The notes: generated from the sequence alone by a model not told the origin. A DNA stretch of 64,000 bases from the human T2T-CHM13v2.0 reference genome, Homo sapiens (GCF_009914755.1 NC_060932.1), one strand, 5' to 3'. Shown: positions 1 through 16,460, numbered from the stretch's first letter. Translations and numbers: made by a program.

Positions 1-1460
<1,460 letters not shown>

Positions 1461-1722
1461 CAATGTCTCTGCACACTTTCTATATGGATTTGTTAATCCA
1501 GCTAATTTGAAGTCGATTTCTCTTGTGTTTTACATTTGACTCTGAACACTTGAAATATTCAACATTTTATATCCTAAAGATTAGACTTTCCTTTTATTGA
1601 CTTTGTTATTTTTGCAGACTTATGCTCTGCCTTTGCCATAGGCCTTAAGCAAAACTCATCTGCCAATGCTAGGAAATAGTAGTAGCAAACTGTCCTAGAT
1701 CTGGCTTAAAAATTGTTTTATA

Positions 1723-1848
1723 GTTTTCAGGGAATTCAGACAATTGATTTCTTTGGCAAAATTATTTTCACTGAAAAGGTTTTCAGGGAATTGGTGTTTT
1801 TGTGAATTGCCTTTTGACAATGGATTATCAGCAAATTGACCAACAGCC
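1723..1848. repeat. Degenerate ~15-16 bp tandem array (approx. TTCAGSGAATTGRTT)
   Basis: gttttcagggaatt at 1723 and 1779; related units tttggcaaaattatt, ttttgtgaattgcct, atcagcaaattgacc. Confidence 0.5.
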
Positions 1849-2271
1849 AGTAAACAACTCCCTAATTCTCTCCTGTCCTCTCTGCCTCCTCACAGCTTCA
1901 CTCTGTTCACATAAAGGGGCCTATTGGCAGTCACGTGTTTGCATTGTTTGAGCCTCTCAGAGTGTTCTGGGCTTTGAGATCTAAAGCTTGTCAATTCAGA
2001 TATGTTGACCTGAGTGTGGGTCATAACAAAGGTAAAGGGTGAACACTTTTTTAATAGCCATGAAATTTTTTCTTCAAAATTATTCAGAATAAAATATAAA
2101 GGAGATGAAAGTAGAGAAACTCTTGCTGCTGTGGTGACCTGTAAGCCCACCCACTCCTAACGTCTCCATGTTCACATCTATTTCTCCAGTACCCTCTGTC
2201 TCGGAAGGTGACCTGCCATTCCACATATCACAGTTTAGAAATCACTGACTTTATCTAGTCACTTCTTCTCA

Positions 2272-2661
<390 letters not shown>

Positions 2662-2859
2662 TTAAAAAATGACAATAGAATATTAACTCCCTCCCCCATG
2701 AAAAAAATATAAATAATTATTAGTTGAATCCCACTACTTGGTACAGAAATCTTCTCTAGTGTCCAAATGGCTTTTCCCAAACTAACAATTGGAAACGACA
2801 TGGATTTCTACTCTAAACAGGTATCAGGTCAAATTGCATTTCTATTTCTTCCTATCTAT

Positions 2860-2980
2860 GTAAATTTAGACTGTCTCTTAACCTGAGCCTCAGTGTTCTC
2901 ATCTGTAATGAATGGAGAAAGACATCTATGTTCTCAGATCATTGTGATGATAAAATGAGCTAATATATGTAAAACTTTTC
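2860..2980 (+). mobile_element. MIR fragment
   Basis: MIR core cctgagcctcagtgttctcatctgtaa ... taaaatgagctaatatatgtaaa. Confidence 0.7.
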
Positions 2981-4109
2981 AACATCTGCACCATCATAAG
3001 TACACAGAACTATTCATTCCTTTCCCTTCTCCTTGCTTCCTACCTTTCACTCCGCTGTACTCAGGACCTAAGGGTTTGAGTGTTGTGTCTGTCTTTCAAA
3101 TGCAATCCTCTCCAAAAGAGCCACCAACACTCAAAATAATCTGTAGCCACAAGTCCAAAAAAAGGGTCACAATGATCAGTCAATTAAAAACCACAAAGTA
3201 AATAAATACTATAGGGAGCAGCAAATACAGCTGAAAATAACTAAAACCCATATAAATTTGCATCAGAAATATCACTTCTCTTCAACATCTCTCAAACATC
3301 TATCAACCTCTCTTTCCACAGTTTTTTTTTTTCCTAAAATTCTAGTGGAAATTTCCAATGCAGTTATAGAAGCTAGATGAACCAAAAACACGTCTAGATG
3401 TTCCAAGTCAGGCTGCTCACCCCTGTGCAGGCTTTCAGGGGAAATAATGCTAAAGGCCTGTCTGGTGACTACCTTGTCTAATCCCTAAATCAAGGTATTC
3501 CTGGACAGCTAAGTAATCTACCAGAGGAAGGTCAGCTTCCACAGAAGATTTGGAGTATGAAACTCTCAGGGTTTACCTGGAATTCATATGAAGGAAAGGG
3601 AAGGAGTAGGAAGAAAACTGTGAAAATTAAAACATTGGCAAGCAAAAAAGAAAAGAAAGAATTCTCTAAAAACTAAATGGCCCCGCATTCCTGAGGGGTA
3701 AGAAGTGAGATATCACATGTTGGCAAGAGAATGAGCTTGGAGGTGAAAACAGCCCAAGTTGTTTCACCATACTCATTCTCATAGATGACTTTTATTGACA
3801 GTCTTTTACATAACAGGCACTAAGCGAGGAGCTTTATGTACATTATTGCATTTGAAATTTAGAACCTATCTAGGACTTCTTCATTCTTATTTTTTGAAGT
3901 AAGGAGGGAATACTAAACTTTGACCCCCCCCAAAATGAAAATTTTATCCCAATATTAAAACTCAAAAGTTCTGCATTGGGATCACTCTGATTTCCCTTAA
4001 GTATCTCTGCAATGTCTCTTCTTAAAACTCACCACTGGTTCACTATCTCTACCTTTTCTAAAGCTGGTAGCAAAGTATCCCTTTTTTGACATGAAATTGT
4101 AGGTCTTTA

Positions 4110-4530
4110 CCATGTACAACATGGATGAGCCTGGAGGACATTAAGTGAAATTAGCTAGACACAGGAAGACAAAGACTACATGATCTCACTCATCTTAAAA
4201 AGAAAAAAAATGATCACAGGGAAGTAGACGACAGTAGAATGGTGGTTACCGTGGGCTGGGTTGGTTGATGGGGGTGGTAGGGAGATATTGGTCAAAGAAT
4301 ACAAAAGTTCAGTTACATAGGAGGAATAAATTCAAGGGATCTACTGTACAACATGATGACCGTAGTTAACAATATATTGTATTCTTGAACAATGAATGCT
4401 AACAGAGTGGATATAAAGTATTCTTACCACAAAAATGATAACTATGTGAGGCAATGCATGTGTTAATTAGCTAGATTAACTCATTCCACAATGCACATAT
4501 ACTCTAAAACAATATGTTGTACATGGTTCA
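4110..4530 (+). mobile_element. L1MA-type 3' end fragment
   Basis: acaacatggatgagcctggaggacatt ... gaggaataaattcaagggatctactgtacaacatg ... ttaattagctagatt. Confidence 0.85.
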
Positions 4531-5261
4531 CCATTTCTTTTAGACTATAAACCAAACTCCTTACCTGGCCAAAAAGCCCAGCATGATTTGATTCCCACCT
4601 CACGTTTTCTGCCACTCCCTCCTTTAATATGGTGTGCTCCAGACATACATAATTGTATGTTTTCTCTCCCTCTCCCATTTTCTCTTCTTCACTTTCTCAT
4701 ATATTCTCTCTCTCTGTCTCTGTCTCTCTCACGTGCACGTGCACGCTCCCTGTTTTTTCCCTCTCTCCCTCTCATTGGGCTCCCTTTCCCCTCACCCTTT
4801 AACTTACATAGCTGATCTTCGTAATTTCCGACCTCAGCTTCGGCATCACCTTCTTTGGGAAGTCTATCCAGCCACCCCAAGACTACATTAGATAACCCCC
4901 TAAGACTCTGCAGTTGCCTGATTATGGGCCAGTAGCACTGTAGCGTAATATTTTACTTGCTCTGTCTCTTATGTGACTCTAAGCCCAGTGAAGGAAGAGG
5001 CCACACCTGTTTTGCTCATCACTTGCAATATCTCAAGTGCACAAGAAAAGAAGGAAAACCACAGAAGACAGGGCAGTTGGAAAGAAGGGAATAAGGACAA
5101 GAAGAAAGGAAAGAAGGGAGGAAACTAATTATAAAGATGAGGCTTCTTTGCACCAGAAGCTTCCATTTCTGCTACCTTTATTAATATTTTTATACCTAAA
5201 ATCCCACTGATTGTGGCAATAAGTAAGTAACCCACAAACCAGCAGGAAGAACAAGGAGAAG

Positions 5262-5375
5262 GGAGTTGCAATTCTGGTTCTGCCACCAGCTCACTGTGTG
5301 GCCTTCATTGCCAGACACTTGCTCCCCTTGCCTCTTAATTCCCGCCTCTGTAAAATGAGAATGTAAGACTAGTTC
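5262..5375 (+). mobile_element. MIR fragment
   Basis: ctctgccaccagctcactgtgtggcctt ... ctctgtaaaatgag. Confidence 0.65.
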
Positions 5376-5757
5376 ATTCCTAAGGTCATCTCTATCTCTT
5401 GTAAGGTCCAATTCTCATATGGGGCATCGGTTGGATTTATGACAAATAAAGCTTGAGGGAGACATGAGACACTGCCACCCTCTACCTTCTCATGGACTGT
5501 TGAACCAGTGCATCGTAGACTATCAGAGTTGGAGACCCTTATTCCAACCTTCTCAGGGTATTGCCTAGGAAATGGAGCCCTCAAAGAACATTACTGAAGT
5601 GACAGAGGCAGGAAATGAGTTATAACTTCTTAGCAATGTCACCAAAACAAGCTTATTAGGTCATGATAACCTATCACTCTGTCACCCAGGTTTTAATCCA
5701 ATTCTGCCTCAAAGAAGCATTTGGGCCTGACTTTTGTGTCTTTGTTTTTCTCCCAGT

Positions 5758-5786
5758 CACACACATACACACACACACACACACAC
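5758..5786. repeat. (CA)n microsatellite, interrupted
   Basis: cacacacatacacacacacacacacacac. Confidence 0.9.
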
Positions 5787-7089
5787 ATTTTCTCCTTTAC
5801 TCCATCACACCACTTTATTTATTGCATGGAAAAGTTGCTGATGAAATATTTCTCACCAAGTCATGCATACTTGGTTTAATGTCTCAGTCTTCCAAGAGCA
5901 ATTGCATTTTAATAGGGGGCAATATTTTATTAGCATTAATGTTAATTATTAAGTAAAATAGCTTTCATTTTTATAGCACTGTAGAGTTTACAAGGCACAT
6001 TTACATATAATATCAAATTTATACTCACAAAGGTGAAGAGAGGAGCATGTTTTTATTAAAAGAAAAAAGTTACCTTGAATTACATTTTCTTCCTGTGGTG
6101 TGACTCTGCCATTTATTTGGGGGAGGGGAGGTTTTTAAATTGAAATATTACATGTTAACAAGAAACAATTCTAAATTCTAGAAGATCTGCACAATCAGAG
6201 GAGATTATAAAGTATTTCTATATTTTAATAGAAAATGTTTATTATTAAAAATTAATGCTTATCATAATAAAATTTTAAAAGAAATTTTACCTCAAAATTC
6301 CTGATATGAATTTTTATATTGATTATAAAAACATATTATTTAATCAGAAAGTATTATACAAGGGTGGAGTTCCATTCATGATTGCATGGAAAAAATAAAG
6401 CTGGATGTTAGGACTTTGCCCAGCTTCTAATTTTTTTTCTTTATTTCTCCTCTGTTACACATGAAGATTCATTCGGAAGGAAAATATGGTGTTTCTTTTT
6501 TTGTGGGATCTTAGTTCTCTGCATTAAGTCATTGGAGGCTTTGAACAGAAGTAGTGATGCAACCAGAAGGGAATTTTGCCAATCTTAATCTAATGGCTAT
6601 GGCAAAATTGCAATAAATGGAGAGGTTGGAAGTAAGAAATATCAGCCAGGAATCCAGTTGAGATATAATTAAGGTCCAATCCAGATAAGCAAGCAGTGAA
6701 GATGGACAAAAGGTGAAATGTGTGGGAGTAACATAAATATACCCCTGTAATCTCCGGTATTGATTGAGGTGTCATCTTCCTGCAATGATGCCACATCCCC
6801 AAATCCATTATTAACTTTGCCAAGCTGTTCAGGCAAAAGGAGAAGCCAATCTCAATACACAATAGGAACCTATGCATTTTATTGTACAAAATGGCCAGCA
6901 TTCATTCAATAATTACTAGGAAGAATAAGAAACAGTACTGAGGGGGGAAAAAAGAAATTGGCAATAGGAATAAATACAAAGATGATCCATTTATTGAATT
7001 TAATAGACATGGACCTTTTAAAAATTGTGTTAAGGTGTTCAAGAGCACAGGTGACATTACAGAACATTCTTGCAGGATGCAGAACATTA

Positions 7090-8304
7090 TCAGAGAACTG
7101 AAACCTATGAGAAAGAATCAAATGAAGATCCCAGAACTAAAAACAAATTATAACTAACATTGTAACAAATAATACAATAGATTCAATACAGCTCATAAAA
7201 GGATTAGTGACCCAATGATATATCAGTAGAAAATATCCACATTGAAGCATAGAGGAGGAGAAGTATTGAAATCCAGAAATGAATTGAGAAAAAAAATCCA
7301 CCATGGAGAATAACTAGAGGATAGATGTTGTAGATATACTACTATTAAACTAAGTATTCTTTTAGGCAATAATCCCTTTTAGAGATAACAAGGATACTGT
7401 ATAATGATAAAAAAATTAATCTACCAAGAAAATATGATCATCGTAAATGTGCCTGCATTTTCTAATATATATAAACTATATATGATATAAAATATATATA
7501 TTATATATATCATACCAAAGAAACTATGTATCATAGTTTCAGAATATATAAATTGAAAATTGATATAACTATTAAAAGAAATGGACAAAATTGCAACCGT
7601 ACTTGAAAATTTCAATACACCTCTGTCTGAAACTGATGGAAAAATAAGTAAAGTTATATTAAAGACCAGGAGAATACACTGATTTAATTATAATTAATTT
7701 GTTAGTGAACATTAATTAGCTGATTCTAAAATTTATAGAACATAAAAAGGGCTGAGAAGAACCAAAGCAATTAAAAAGAATACTTAGAAGACTTACATTG
7801 TCAGAGATCAAGATTGAGTATAGAGTTACAGTTAATTGAGTCAGTGTACAAATAAACAAACCAATAAAATTAAAAGTAGTATACAGAAACAGACATATAT
7901 GTGGTTACTCAATGCATAACAAAGGCAAGACTAGTTCAATAGAGAATGAATGGTCTTTTTAGTAAATGGTGCCATGAAAATCTTGACTCCTTATTTTATA
8001 ATACACACAAAATTCCCAATGTACCATAAATCTATATGAAAATAGCAAAACACAGTAGAGCTTCTACAAGAAAGCCTAGAAAAATATCTTCATATTTTGA
8101 GTAGACAAAAATTTCTGAAACAGAACATACCTGCAAAAAACTAACCATATAGAAAAAGAATGACAAATTAAAATTTAAAATACTTGCATCAAAAGAAACG
8201 ATGAAGAGCATGAAGGTGAGCCACTGTGTGCAAGATGTTTGCAATTCATGTATCTGATGACTGTTCAAACTTCAGATTACATAAATAACTACCTCAGCAA
8301 AAAG
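7090..8304 (+). mobile_element. Old L1M fragments (host of the L1PA insertion)
   Basis: A-rich degenerate L1 ORF1/ORF2 segments (ttcaatacacctctgtctgaaactgatgga; gctgattctaaaattta; agtaaatggtgc). Confidence 0.65.
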
Positions 8305-8322
8305 AAAAGAAGACAAGCAATA

Positions 8323-10123
8323 ATAGACAGAGAGCCAAATCATGACTGAACTCCAATTCACAATTGCTACAAAGAGAATAAAATATCTAGGACTACAATT
8401 TATAAGGGATGTGAAGGACCTCTTCAAGGAGAACTAGAAACCGCTGCTCAAGGAGATAAGAGAGGACATAAACAAATGGAAAAACATTCCATGCTCATGG
8501 ATAGGAAGAATCAATATTGTGAAAATGGCCATACTTCCCAAAGTAATTTATAGATTCAATGCTATCCCCATCAAGCTACCATTGACTTTCTTCACAGAAT
8601 TAGAAAAAACTACTTTAAATTTCATACGGAACCAAAAAAACAGCCCATATAGCCAAGACAATCCTAAGCAAAAAGAACAAAGCTGGAGGCATCATGCTAC
8701 CTGACTTCAAACTATACTACGAGGCTACAGTAACCAAAACAGCATGGTACTGCTACCAAAACAGATATATCGACCAATGGAACAGAACAGAAGCCTCAGA
8801 AATTATGCCAGACATCTACAACCATCTGATCTTTGACCAACCTGACAAAAACAAGCAACGGGGAAAGGGTTCCCTATTAATAAATGGTGTTAGAAAAACT
8901 GGCTAGCCATATGCAAAAAACTAAAACTGGACCCCTTCCTTACACCTTATACAAAAATTAACTCTAGATGGATTAAAGACTTAAACACAAGATCTAAAAC
9001 CATAAAAACCCTAGAAGAAAACCTAGGTGATACCAGTCAGGACATAGGCATGGGCAAAGACTTCATAACTAAAACACCAAAAGCAACGGCAACAAAAGCC
9101 AAAATTGACAAATGGGATCTAATTAAACTAAAGACCTTCTGCACAGCAAAAGAAACTATCATCAGAGTGAACAGGCAACCTACAGAATGGGAGAAAATTT
9201 TTGCAATCTATCAATCTGACAGAAGGCTAATATCCAGAATCTATAAGGAACTTAAACAAATTTACGAGAAAAAAAAAAAAAACAACCCCATCAAAAAGTG
9301 GGTGAAGGATGTGAACAGACACTTCTCAAAAGAAGACATTTATGTGGCCAACAAACATATGAAAACAAACTCATCATCACTGGTCATTACAGAAATGCAA
9401 ATCAAAACCACAATGAGATACCATCTCACACCAGTTAGAATGGTGATCATTAAAAAGTCAGGAAACGACAGATGCTGGAGAGGATGTGGAGAAATAGGAA
9501 AGTTTTACACTGTTGGTGGGAGTGTAAATTAGTTCAATCATTGTAGAAGACAGTGTGGAGGTTCCTCAAGGATCTAGAACCATAAATACTATTTGACCCA
9601 GCAATCCCATTACTGGATATATACCTAAAGGATTATAAATCATTCTACCATAAAGACACATGTACATGTATGTTGACTACAGCACTATTCACAATATCAA
9701 AGACTTGGAACCAACCCAAATGCCCATCAATGACAGACTGGATAAAGAAAATGTGGCACATATATACCATGGAATACTATGCAGCCATAAAAAAGGATGA
9801 ATTCATGTCCTTTGCAGGGACATGGATGAAGCTGGAAACCATCATTCTCAGCAAACTAACATAGGAACAGAAAACCAAACACCACATGTTCTCACTTATA
9901 AGTGGGAGTTAAACAATGAGAACACATGGACACAGGGAGGGGAACATCATACACTGGGGGGCCTGTTGTGGGGTGGGGGACTAGGGGAGGGATAGCATTA
10001 GGAGAAATACCTACTGTAGATGACAGGCTGATGGGTGCAGCAAACCACCATGGCACGTGTATACCTATGTAACAAACCTGCACATTCTGCACTTGTACTC
10101 CAGAACTTAAAGTATAATTTAAA
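8323..10123 (+). mobile_element. L1PA7-like, 5'-truncated (~1.8 kb), disrupted ORF2 C-terminus plus 3'UTR
   Basis: ORFs 8519-9864 translate to L1 ORF2 ([50 protein letters not shown]); 3'UTR and poly(A); TSD aaaagaagaYaagcaata at 8305-8322 and 10124-10141. Confidence 0.95.
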
Positions 10124-10141
10124 AAAAGAAGATAAGCAATA

Positions 10142-10990
10142 GAAAAAAATGAGTACAATATTACACAAGTACTCCACAAGAATAGATATCCAATGGGTGG
10201 GCAACAGAAAAAAAGTCTTCAAACTCATTAGTGAGCAAGATAATGTAAATTAAAACTACAGTGTGATACCTCTACATGCCCACTAGACCATCTAAATTTG
10301 AAACACCACCAGGGCTACCTAGCATTAACGAGGATGTGGAACCATCAGAACATTCCTGCCCTGCTAGCAGGACTGTATATTGATACAACTTTAGAAAACC
10401 TATTGGCAGTGTCTCCCTAAATGGAACACACCTGTACCCTCTGATACAGGATTTCCACTCTTAGATATATACCAAACTGTATACCAAACAATATACCAAA
10501 TAGGAATGAGTATATAATTGTCCTAAGGGCATAAAGAAGAATGTCCTTAATTATCATTGTGAAAAATTGGAAACAAATATCTTCAATAGTAGACTAAGTA
10601 AACAAGATGTTGCATATTCAGGTAATGAAATAATTTACAGTATGGAGGGTGGACAAATCATTGCTACACACAACCACAAGGCTAATATTACTAACATAAT
10701 GTTGAGCAAAAGAAGCCAGACACAAAATAGTACATGTTCTATGATTCCACTTATATAAAGTTCAAGAACAAGCAAAACCTAGAAGTCAAGGTGGTGTTTC
10801 CATCCTTTGGGAGATGTAGTGACGGGAGAGAAGCATGGGGGATCATCTGGGGCTTTGGTAACTGCTGTTTCAGGATCAAGGTGGTAGATACTGGGGTGTT
10901 TCTTTTTGAAAATTCGTCAGGCAGTACTTTCATGATTTGTGTACTTTTGTGACTTTGTTTCATAAACAATTTATTCAATAACAAGTTTAC
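10142..10990 (+). mobile_element. Old L1M(E/C) 3' region continuing after the L1PA
   Basis: taacataatgttgagcaaaagaagccagacacaaaatagtacatgttctatgattccacttatataaagttc. Confidence 0.8.
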
Positions 10991-12534
10991 TTATAAACAA
11001 ATTTGTGTAGCATTCCAACATCTTGCCAAATCTACTCTTTAGTCTCTGGGACTATTTAATATTTAACCCACTTTTTAGTATTCTTATTCAAGACACTTCC
11101 CCTAAGTAAACCCCTGATATGGTTTTATTGGACTATTAAAGAGGAGAAAGGAGATTTTTTTAACTTTTTTAAAAGAATGGTGCTGTATCCACCCAGTATT
11201 AAATATCTTGTATTTAATATTATATATTTATAGTAACTATAATAGTAATACTAATATTAAACTTACTGAAATATAAATCAAATTCAATATCTCAAATATC
11301 ACGTATGTTTAAAAGATTACAATGTGGGGAGTAACATTCTTTATTAAAAAGCTAAGATTAAATAAAAGGACAGCAACTAATAATAAAAATCTTAGGAAAT
11401 TAAGATCAATACATGGAAAATTTTGAGATTACAGAACTGCTTTTCCATGCTGGGGATCTGCAGATTCACCTCTCCTGATTAAACTCAAGAACTAGCTGAA
11501 AATTTAAATATAAAAAGAAGACAGTAAAGTCAGGAAATCATCTCTTCTGCTTTTTAACTGGTGAATCCTCGCTTACAAATTGCTCAGTCCTGAACAGGTT
11601 CTGCTTCTGCACCTAAGCCAACTAGCAAGCATACGAAAGCATCAGCTATTGTCAGCACCTAAGTCAACACATGAGCACCGTTTTCCTTCCATCTGAAATC
11701 CTGCCACAGCCTCTACCCCAATGGGCAGCCCTAAATACAGCTGTCTGATGTCCCAGGCAGATGTGGAACATGGAAACTCAGTGGGGACATGATTCCAAAT
11801 ACATGGGCTGCCTTCAAATCCTGGCCCACAAGCCTACATCCTTACAACAGAACCCTCTCTGGAAATGAGACAATTATTTCTTTCTAGTGGGGGTTGCAGA
11901 GAGTAGAGGAAGAGAGTTGGAAAGGAGAAGGAGAGCTAGTGGATGGGAAACCAACAAAATGTGGTTCATTTTCAGGAAGCTGCGAGGCTGGATCTTTCAG
12001 AACAGCTCATATTTTTTCGAGATGCATTTTTTTTGAGGTCCCCCACTCCGGATACCCCAGTGCCCTCCTTTCAGCCTTGGCCCTTGCATCACCACCAGCC
12101 AGGGGAAGGAGCCGTGGCATGGCAGTGGTCACAGTTCTCTTGGATAAGCTTTACCGTAATCTTCATAAACCTCAATGCTCAAGGTGCAGAGGGAGATTGG
12201 AGGAAACTTGTTTTTCCGTTGGTTTCTCTCTGACTGCTGCGGCTAATCATTCCTAGAACAGGAAGCTGGAGAAATGTAGGTAGGAGACACTCTTCTGACA
12301 AGTCAGGTTGCCTCACCCTTCCAGGGCACAACTGATTAGGAAAAGCTTCAGGGTTACATAACCTCCTTCCTTTACGGTGGTTTTCCATCAAAAGGTGAAT
12401 GGACTCAGCCCTGAGAACTGCCCACCCCTAAGAAGCGGGGAAGGGATGTCTTGGTTGTATTTTAGTATTGCTGCCTCCTTCATCACAATGCCCCAGTGCA
12501 CAAGTAAGGGGAGGAAAATAGGATGCATTAATTT

Positions 12535-13060
12535 ATTCCATGAACCTTTATTGAGTGTCCATTCTTCTATGTATTTGAAATACATCAGTAAAGGAAATGA
12601 ACTCTACCCTGGTACACTCATATCCTAGTGGAGGGACACAGAGTAAACCATAATACATAAGTAATTTACATTGTGGGTTAGAAGTTGATGAATGAAATCA
12701 AGAAAAGTAGAGCAGGGACAGAGGGATAGGTGGTTGGGAGGGCAAAGGCATGGATTGCAATTTTTAACGGAGCACAAGGTAAGACTCCTTGAAAAGATGA
12801 CATTTGAGCAAAGACTTGAAAGAGATGAAGGTGTGAGCTACATGACTATATGAAGAAATAGCAAAGGCCTAAGGCAGGAGTGTTTCCAGAGTTGTTGTCA
12901 GGGTGGGAGGAGCACAGTGAGCAAGGAAGAAAAAAGTAAAAGATGATGTATGTGATTGGCTGGGGGGCAGGTGTCAGATCAGGTGGCACTTTGCAAGTGA
13001 TTGTTAAGGACTCTGTGCTTTTAGAGTAAATAAAATGGCAGCTATTATCGTTCTGAGAAG
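12535..13060 (-). mobile_element. L2 fragment
   Basis: ttattgagtgtcc ... gacatttgagcaaagacttgaaagagatgaagg (typical antisense L2). Confidence 0.7.
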
Positions 13061-13889
13061 AGTAACAGAACCAGCACGTTCACCCTGGTGCTCCTTCTGG
13101 GGTGAGAGCAAACACAGAAAGGGTCATCCGATATCATTAACAGCTGTCTGTACTGGAGGCCTCTTTAGGCTTCTGGGTCAAGTCAAATAACCTACAGACC
13201 CACCTATCCTCATGGCCGGGGTGGGGGTGGGCCAGAAGAGTGACAGCCTATGTGTTTAACAACATGATTTAAATCATTCAAGTGACCCACTGAGAGCTGT
13301 GAAAGCAATTTTGAATTTCTTTTCCTGCAGAAGGAATGGCTTTACCTTAAGTCACTACCTTCCTCAATCTTCTTTGTGACCAAAAAGACAGATTCCAAAC
13401 ACTGCCAGCTGAGTACAATCTACACCCTCCAAATATAGCAGAGCTAACTGCCTACACCGGACCCTGGTGCCATTAGCTCATGCTCTAGCTCCCTGCACTG
13501 GCCACCCATACTGCTTTATGAAATGCAATCTCTTTTTAAAGATAATGACACAGTAAGTGTGTTATGACTTCAGTGATACAGTAAGTTAGGCAAATTCTTT
13601 GAAAGCTATCAGCTCATTTTGAGCAGGGCCACCAGCCTCTGGTAGAGAGAAGTTTGTTGATCTGAAGTCATAAAACCAAGGGGTAAAGGACATGCTGAAC
13701 CAGACGATAAACACCGTCATGGCGGGTGTCCCTCCCACTGCCAAATTCCAACAAATCATAGCAAGAAGATGAGGTTACATAGCAGAAATGCATGGAAATC
13801 AGCCTGATCAGAATCATTGACCTTTGAATTTTAGAGCAAAACAGTCATTTAGAGATTGGCCAGTCTTCATGTCAACCTGTTCAACCTTT

Positions 13890-14200
13890 CAACACAGATT
13901 CAAATCCAATTGGCAGATGTGTTTTGTTTAAACTGCACAGCATTAAAAAAATTTATGTAGCTGCCAATATTTATAATAAATCAGGATATCTCGCATGCAC
14001 AGAATTGTATTTCTTGCTTCTCTTTTAAAATATGAATATCTATCAACACCACATCTGCATTCCAGTATGGCTGGAGCTAAATAGTAGTTGTCCCTATGGA
14101 CTGGGCAGGTGGTCACCATATCACCCCAACTCCTGCCACTCACTATTACTTATTTCTGGCCCATTTCACTTATTATAGCTCTAACGTTGTCAAGCCCTCA
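13890..14200. mobile_element. MER102-like hAT-Charlie remnant
   Basis: gcagatgtgttttgttt ... ggctggagctaaatagtagttgtccc ... ccactcactatt; similar to 59950-60245. Confidence 0.55.
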
Positions 14201-14682
14201 CTTGACCTAATATCCTCTTATACAAAAAGTAGAAAACTGAGGCCTAAATGAAGTGAAATAATGGAATCTTGAGTCAAAGATCAGTCACCCCCAGAAATGT
14301 GTGAACCTAAAAATAAAAACCTCACAGGAATTAAATTTGCATAGGCCAGTCCCTCCTCCTAACATAACCTGGTGGCCAAGCCTCCATAATACTCTGGGGC
14401 CAGGCTCTTGGTTATGTTTTAGAATTATTTTTAATTTAACTTTTGTTCTTGTTCACTCAGTGTCCCACAGTAAGGTGCACTGGGGGCTAAAGGCTTGAAA
14501 AAGCAAACAGAGTTAGGGGCCCTAAGTTTCTTCTCAAGAGTTCAGATGGAAATCATAAAACCACCACACCAGGTTCCAGATGAGTTCCACTGGAAGCTGG
14601 CAAAAACCTCCCGCCCAGCCTGGTTAATGGCACTTAAGCACTGGATTGTTTGACTGCCACTCTCCCTTACTGGAATTGTTAG

Positions 14683-15075
<393 letters not shown>

Positions 15076-15519
15076 TAGGCTTTGCTATAACAGGGGAAGA
15101 GTTCCATGAATGAACAAGAAGGTAAGGAAATGATTTAGAAGATCAGAATGCTTTCCTACTCTTTTATTCATCCATTCATTGTTTCAGTATTGAGCGCCTG
15201 CTGGGTTGGGCGTTTAGAAGATCTAAATGTAACTAACATACCTGCCCTGCTCTCAGGGAGCTCACAAAGTCAAATCCTGATTATACAGTGTAACATAAGT
15301 GATGATTGAGGGGACTTTCTTGGGCCTCAGATTCCTCATTTGTAACAGAAGAACCCCACTTACTTCCACATAGTCTGGCTGTGAAGAACAAATGAGAAAA
15401 ATGGATGTTAACATTCTTTATAAATGACAAAGCACAATGTTAGCACCTGATCGCGATCTCATATTAGGTGTGCTCAAGGATTTGAACCATTGTGGAGAGG
15501 TCCTTTAAGTAAATAAATG

Positions 15520-16460
15520 TGGAAGTAGGGAAATCTCCTTACAGCAAAAAGCTAACAAACGAACGTGGAAAGGATGATGGAAATAGAAAACAACAATTTG
15601 GCAAACTTCAAAATAGTAATCAATTCAGGATAAGAATCATCAATGATGATAAAACTAGTAGCTTAAAGTATGAGGAGTAACAGAAATTTCACATAATAAA
15701 GTACCTCTTAAGATACTTATTAATTACAAAGGGAAAGGTTGGAAAACGCCTTTACGGCAGCATTTACTGTAACTGGCAGACACCATCTTCACCAAATAAA
15801 GTCAACATCACTAATAATGAGGGAAATTGACATCATGTGCAGCCTGATAATAATGAATGAAAAAGGACATAACATCACTTCTATGATATTCCAGCTGAAA
15901 ATGTATGACCTGAATCTAACCATGAGGAGATACTGGAGAATCTCAGATTAAGAAACATTCTGCAAAAATCTCACCAGTACTTTTCTAAAATGTCATTGTC
16001 ATAAAAGACAGAAAACTGTTCCAGATTTAAAAAGATGAGACACTAATAAAGTCAATGTGTGATCCAGTGTTTTCTTTTACCATATAGCATAAAACTGGAA
16101 CAATTGGTGAAATTCAACTGAGGTCTGTAGATTAGGTAATAGTTTTGTATTAATGTTAATTTCCCAGTTTTGATGATTAACAATAGTGCTTATGTAACAA
16201 AATGCATTTTCAGAAAGTACACATCGAAGTCTTTAGGGATAAAGAACATTATGTCTATACATTTCAAATAATTCAGGAAAAAATATGGCATTATATGAAA
16301 ATATATGGTATCATATAAAAATATATGGCATATATAATAGATGGTACATATATATTAAATTAAGTAAAGTTGGTAAATTATTAACACGAGGGAAACTCCT
16401 TGTACTATTCTGCCAATGTTTTAAAAAGTCTGAAATTTTGTCAAAATAAAAAGTTAAAAG
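15520..16460 (+). mobile_element. L1MC4/5-type 3' UTR
   Basis: tacttattaattacaaagggaaa ... ctggcagacaccatctt ... tgaatctaaccatgagga; ends caaaataaaaagttaaaa. Confidence 0.8.

Noticed and set aside
8519-9864. Cluster of plus-strand ORFs as a multi-exon gene
   Set aside because: Frameshifted and stopped pieces of one L1 ORF2.
11609-11668. 14-bp direct repeat gcacctaagYcaac with a 32-bp spacer (CRISPR-like or TSD-like)
   Set aside because: Only two short copies in primate DNA, with no cas genes and no poly(A) or TIR between them; likely chance or an old small duplication.
11894-12391. Overlapping ORFs in unique sequence as a possible exon
   Set aside because: No recognisable protein similarity, and no convincing splice-site pair or codon bias; a non-coding exon cannot be excluded.
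16280-16340. Three ~19-bp AT-rich units
   Set aside because: Ordinary low-complexity slippage within an L1MC tail.
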